Below the pieces are notes generated by a model. The model saw only the letters and a program-made list of their open reading frames with translations. It was not told where the DNA came from and searched no databases. From contig NC_058368.1 of the NCBI RefSeq assembly GCF_018350175.1, forward strand, positions 94,676,001 through 94,740,000: DNA of 64,000 bases, given 5' to 3'. Within the stretch, counting starts at the first letter, position 1; each line of letters begins with the position of its first letter. Made by a program: the position numbers and the translations under genes. Shown in pieces: positions 62,776 through 64,000 of the stretch. The stretch comes from Felis catus (lineage: Eukaryota).

Positions 62776-62989
62776 GTAAGTTTGTGATGAATACACCAAG
62801 CACTTTTTAACAGATATTGTGCCTAAGTAAAGGCAGAACTAGAACACTTTTATATAAGAGGGAGAAATTAGATTTCCAGACTGAAAAGTTCAATTTTTAA
62901 ATCTTTTAAATGACAGCACTCCAAAATGACTGTGGAAATATGTAAACACCATCACAATGCATTGTCAGCACTAAGAAAAATAAAATTTT

Positions 62990-63745
62990 ATATCAGCAAT
63001 GAATTTCACTCATGAGCCAGTGGAGTGATAAACCAAACACGGATGAGATAGCATTTGACATACCCATCAAATTGGCAAAAATGCGGAGGCCTGGTATTGC
63101 CAGATATTTATGTAGGGAAATGAGAATTCTTTATACATTTCTGGTGGCAAAGGAAATTGGTGTAGGCACTTAATTTTTTTAAATTTTTTTAGCATTTATT
63201 TATTTTTGAGAGAGAAAGTGAGCGAGAGTGAGCATGAGTGGGAGAGGGGCAGAGAGAGAGGGAGACACAGAATCCGAAGCAGGCTTCAGGCTCTGAGCTG
63301 TCAGCACAGAGCCCAAGGCGGGGCTCAAACCCATGAGCTGTGAGATCGTGATGTGAGCCAAAGTTGGACACTTAACTGACTGAGCCACCCAGGCACCCTG
63401 GTGTAGGCACTTTAAAAAGCAGTTACCTAGGAGTTTTGGAGTTGCACAAACCCTAACAGCCTGAAGTTCACACCTCTGTGTGTCAATACCAGAAAGCATT
63501 GTACATGTATAAGATGATCATTACATCTTAATAGTGACAAAGTGAAACAATGTGAACGCCTATTCTAAGCTGATAATTAAAGAGGTCTCTGTACCGTGAG
63601 ATAGAACAAAGTGGAAGAATTCGACTTCTGTGTTATCTTCAGAGATAAATTTCAACAAACAGTGCTGATTTTTTTTTAAGCAAGTTGCAAAATGAAGTGT
63701 ACGGTTTGGCAACAATTTTGTCAAATTTTAAAACAGAACAACAGT
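62990..63745 (+). mobile_element. Ancient L1ME-type fragment with nested SINE
   Basis: acccatcaaattggcaaaaat...tattgccaga...aaattggtgtaggcactt. Confidence 0.6.
63173..63398 (-). mobile_element. CanSINE
   Basis: Full SINEC; TSD tggtgtaggcactt. Confidence 0.95.
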
Positions 63746-63755
63746 ATTCTTTTTT

Positions 63756-63974
63756 TTTTTTTTTTTTTCAACGTTTTTTATTTATTTTTGGGACAGAGAG
63801 AGACAGAGCATGAACGGGGGAGGGGCAGAGAGAGAGGGAGACACAGAATGAGAAACAGGCTCCAGGCTCTGAGCCATCAGCCCAGAGCCCGACGCGGGGC
63901 TCGAACTCCCGGACTGCGAGATCGTGACCTGGCTGAAGTCGGACACTTAACCGACTGCGCCACCCAGGCGCCCC
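63756..63974 (-). mobile_element. Young felid SINE
   Basis: Diagnostic motifs; TSD cagtattctttttt at 63742-63755 and 63975-63988. Confidence 0.97.
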
Positions 63975-64000
63975 CAGTATTCTTTTTTAAATATGGTGAA

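Overview
Mammalian nuclear DNA from a felid (cat-family) genome. The evidence is about 49 tRNA-derived carnivore SINEs (CanSINE/SINEC), including a young felid-type subfamily, plus carnivore-type L1 3' ends. The window looks like the interior of one or more very long introns of a gene transcribed on the + strand: non-repeat sequence appears T>A and G>C skewed by eye, and the near-full-length L1 and most SINEs lie on the - strand. I could not identify the host gene. No intact protein-coding ORF is supported. The recognisable ORFs derive from SINEs, microsatellites, L1 or L2, and the rest look like chance frames. Content: a near-full-length decayed L1 (~18.7-27.1 kb, -) with nested SINEs, old L1M, L2, MIR and MaLR (MLT1) remnants, short L1 insertions with target-site duplications (TSDs), and long pyrimidine tracts. 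No new multi-gene system is visible. The most notable signals are (1) a perfect 42-bp inverted repeat inside the L1 3' UTR, (2) an 18-bp segment inside a SINE apparently copied from 1.2 kb away, (3) a candidate 15-nt frame-preserving microexon with a perfect donor site, plus weaker small-exon candidates, (4) an ancient MLT1 LTR with CpG-island-like density, and (5) a tail-to-tail SINE fusion and many close inverted SINE pairs. Repeat subfamily names are from recalled consensus similarity, not a database search, and boundaries of old repeats are approximate.
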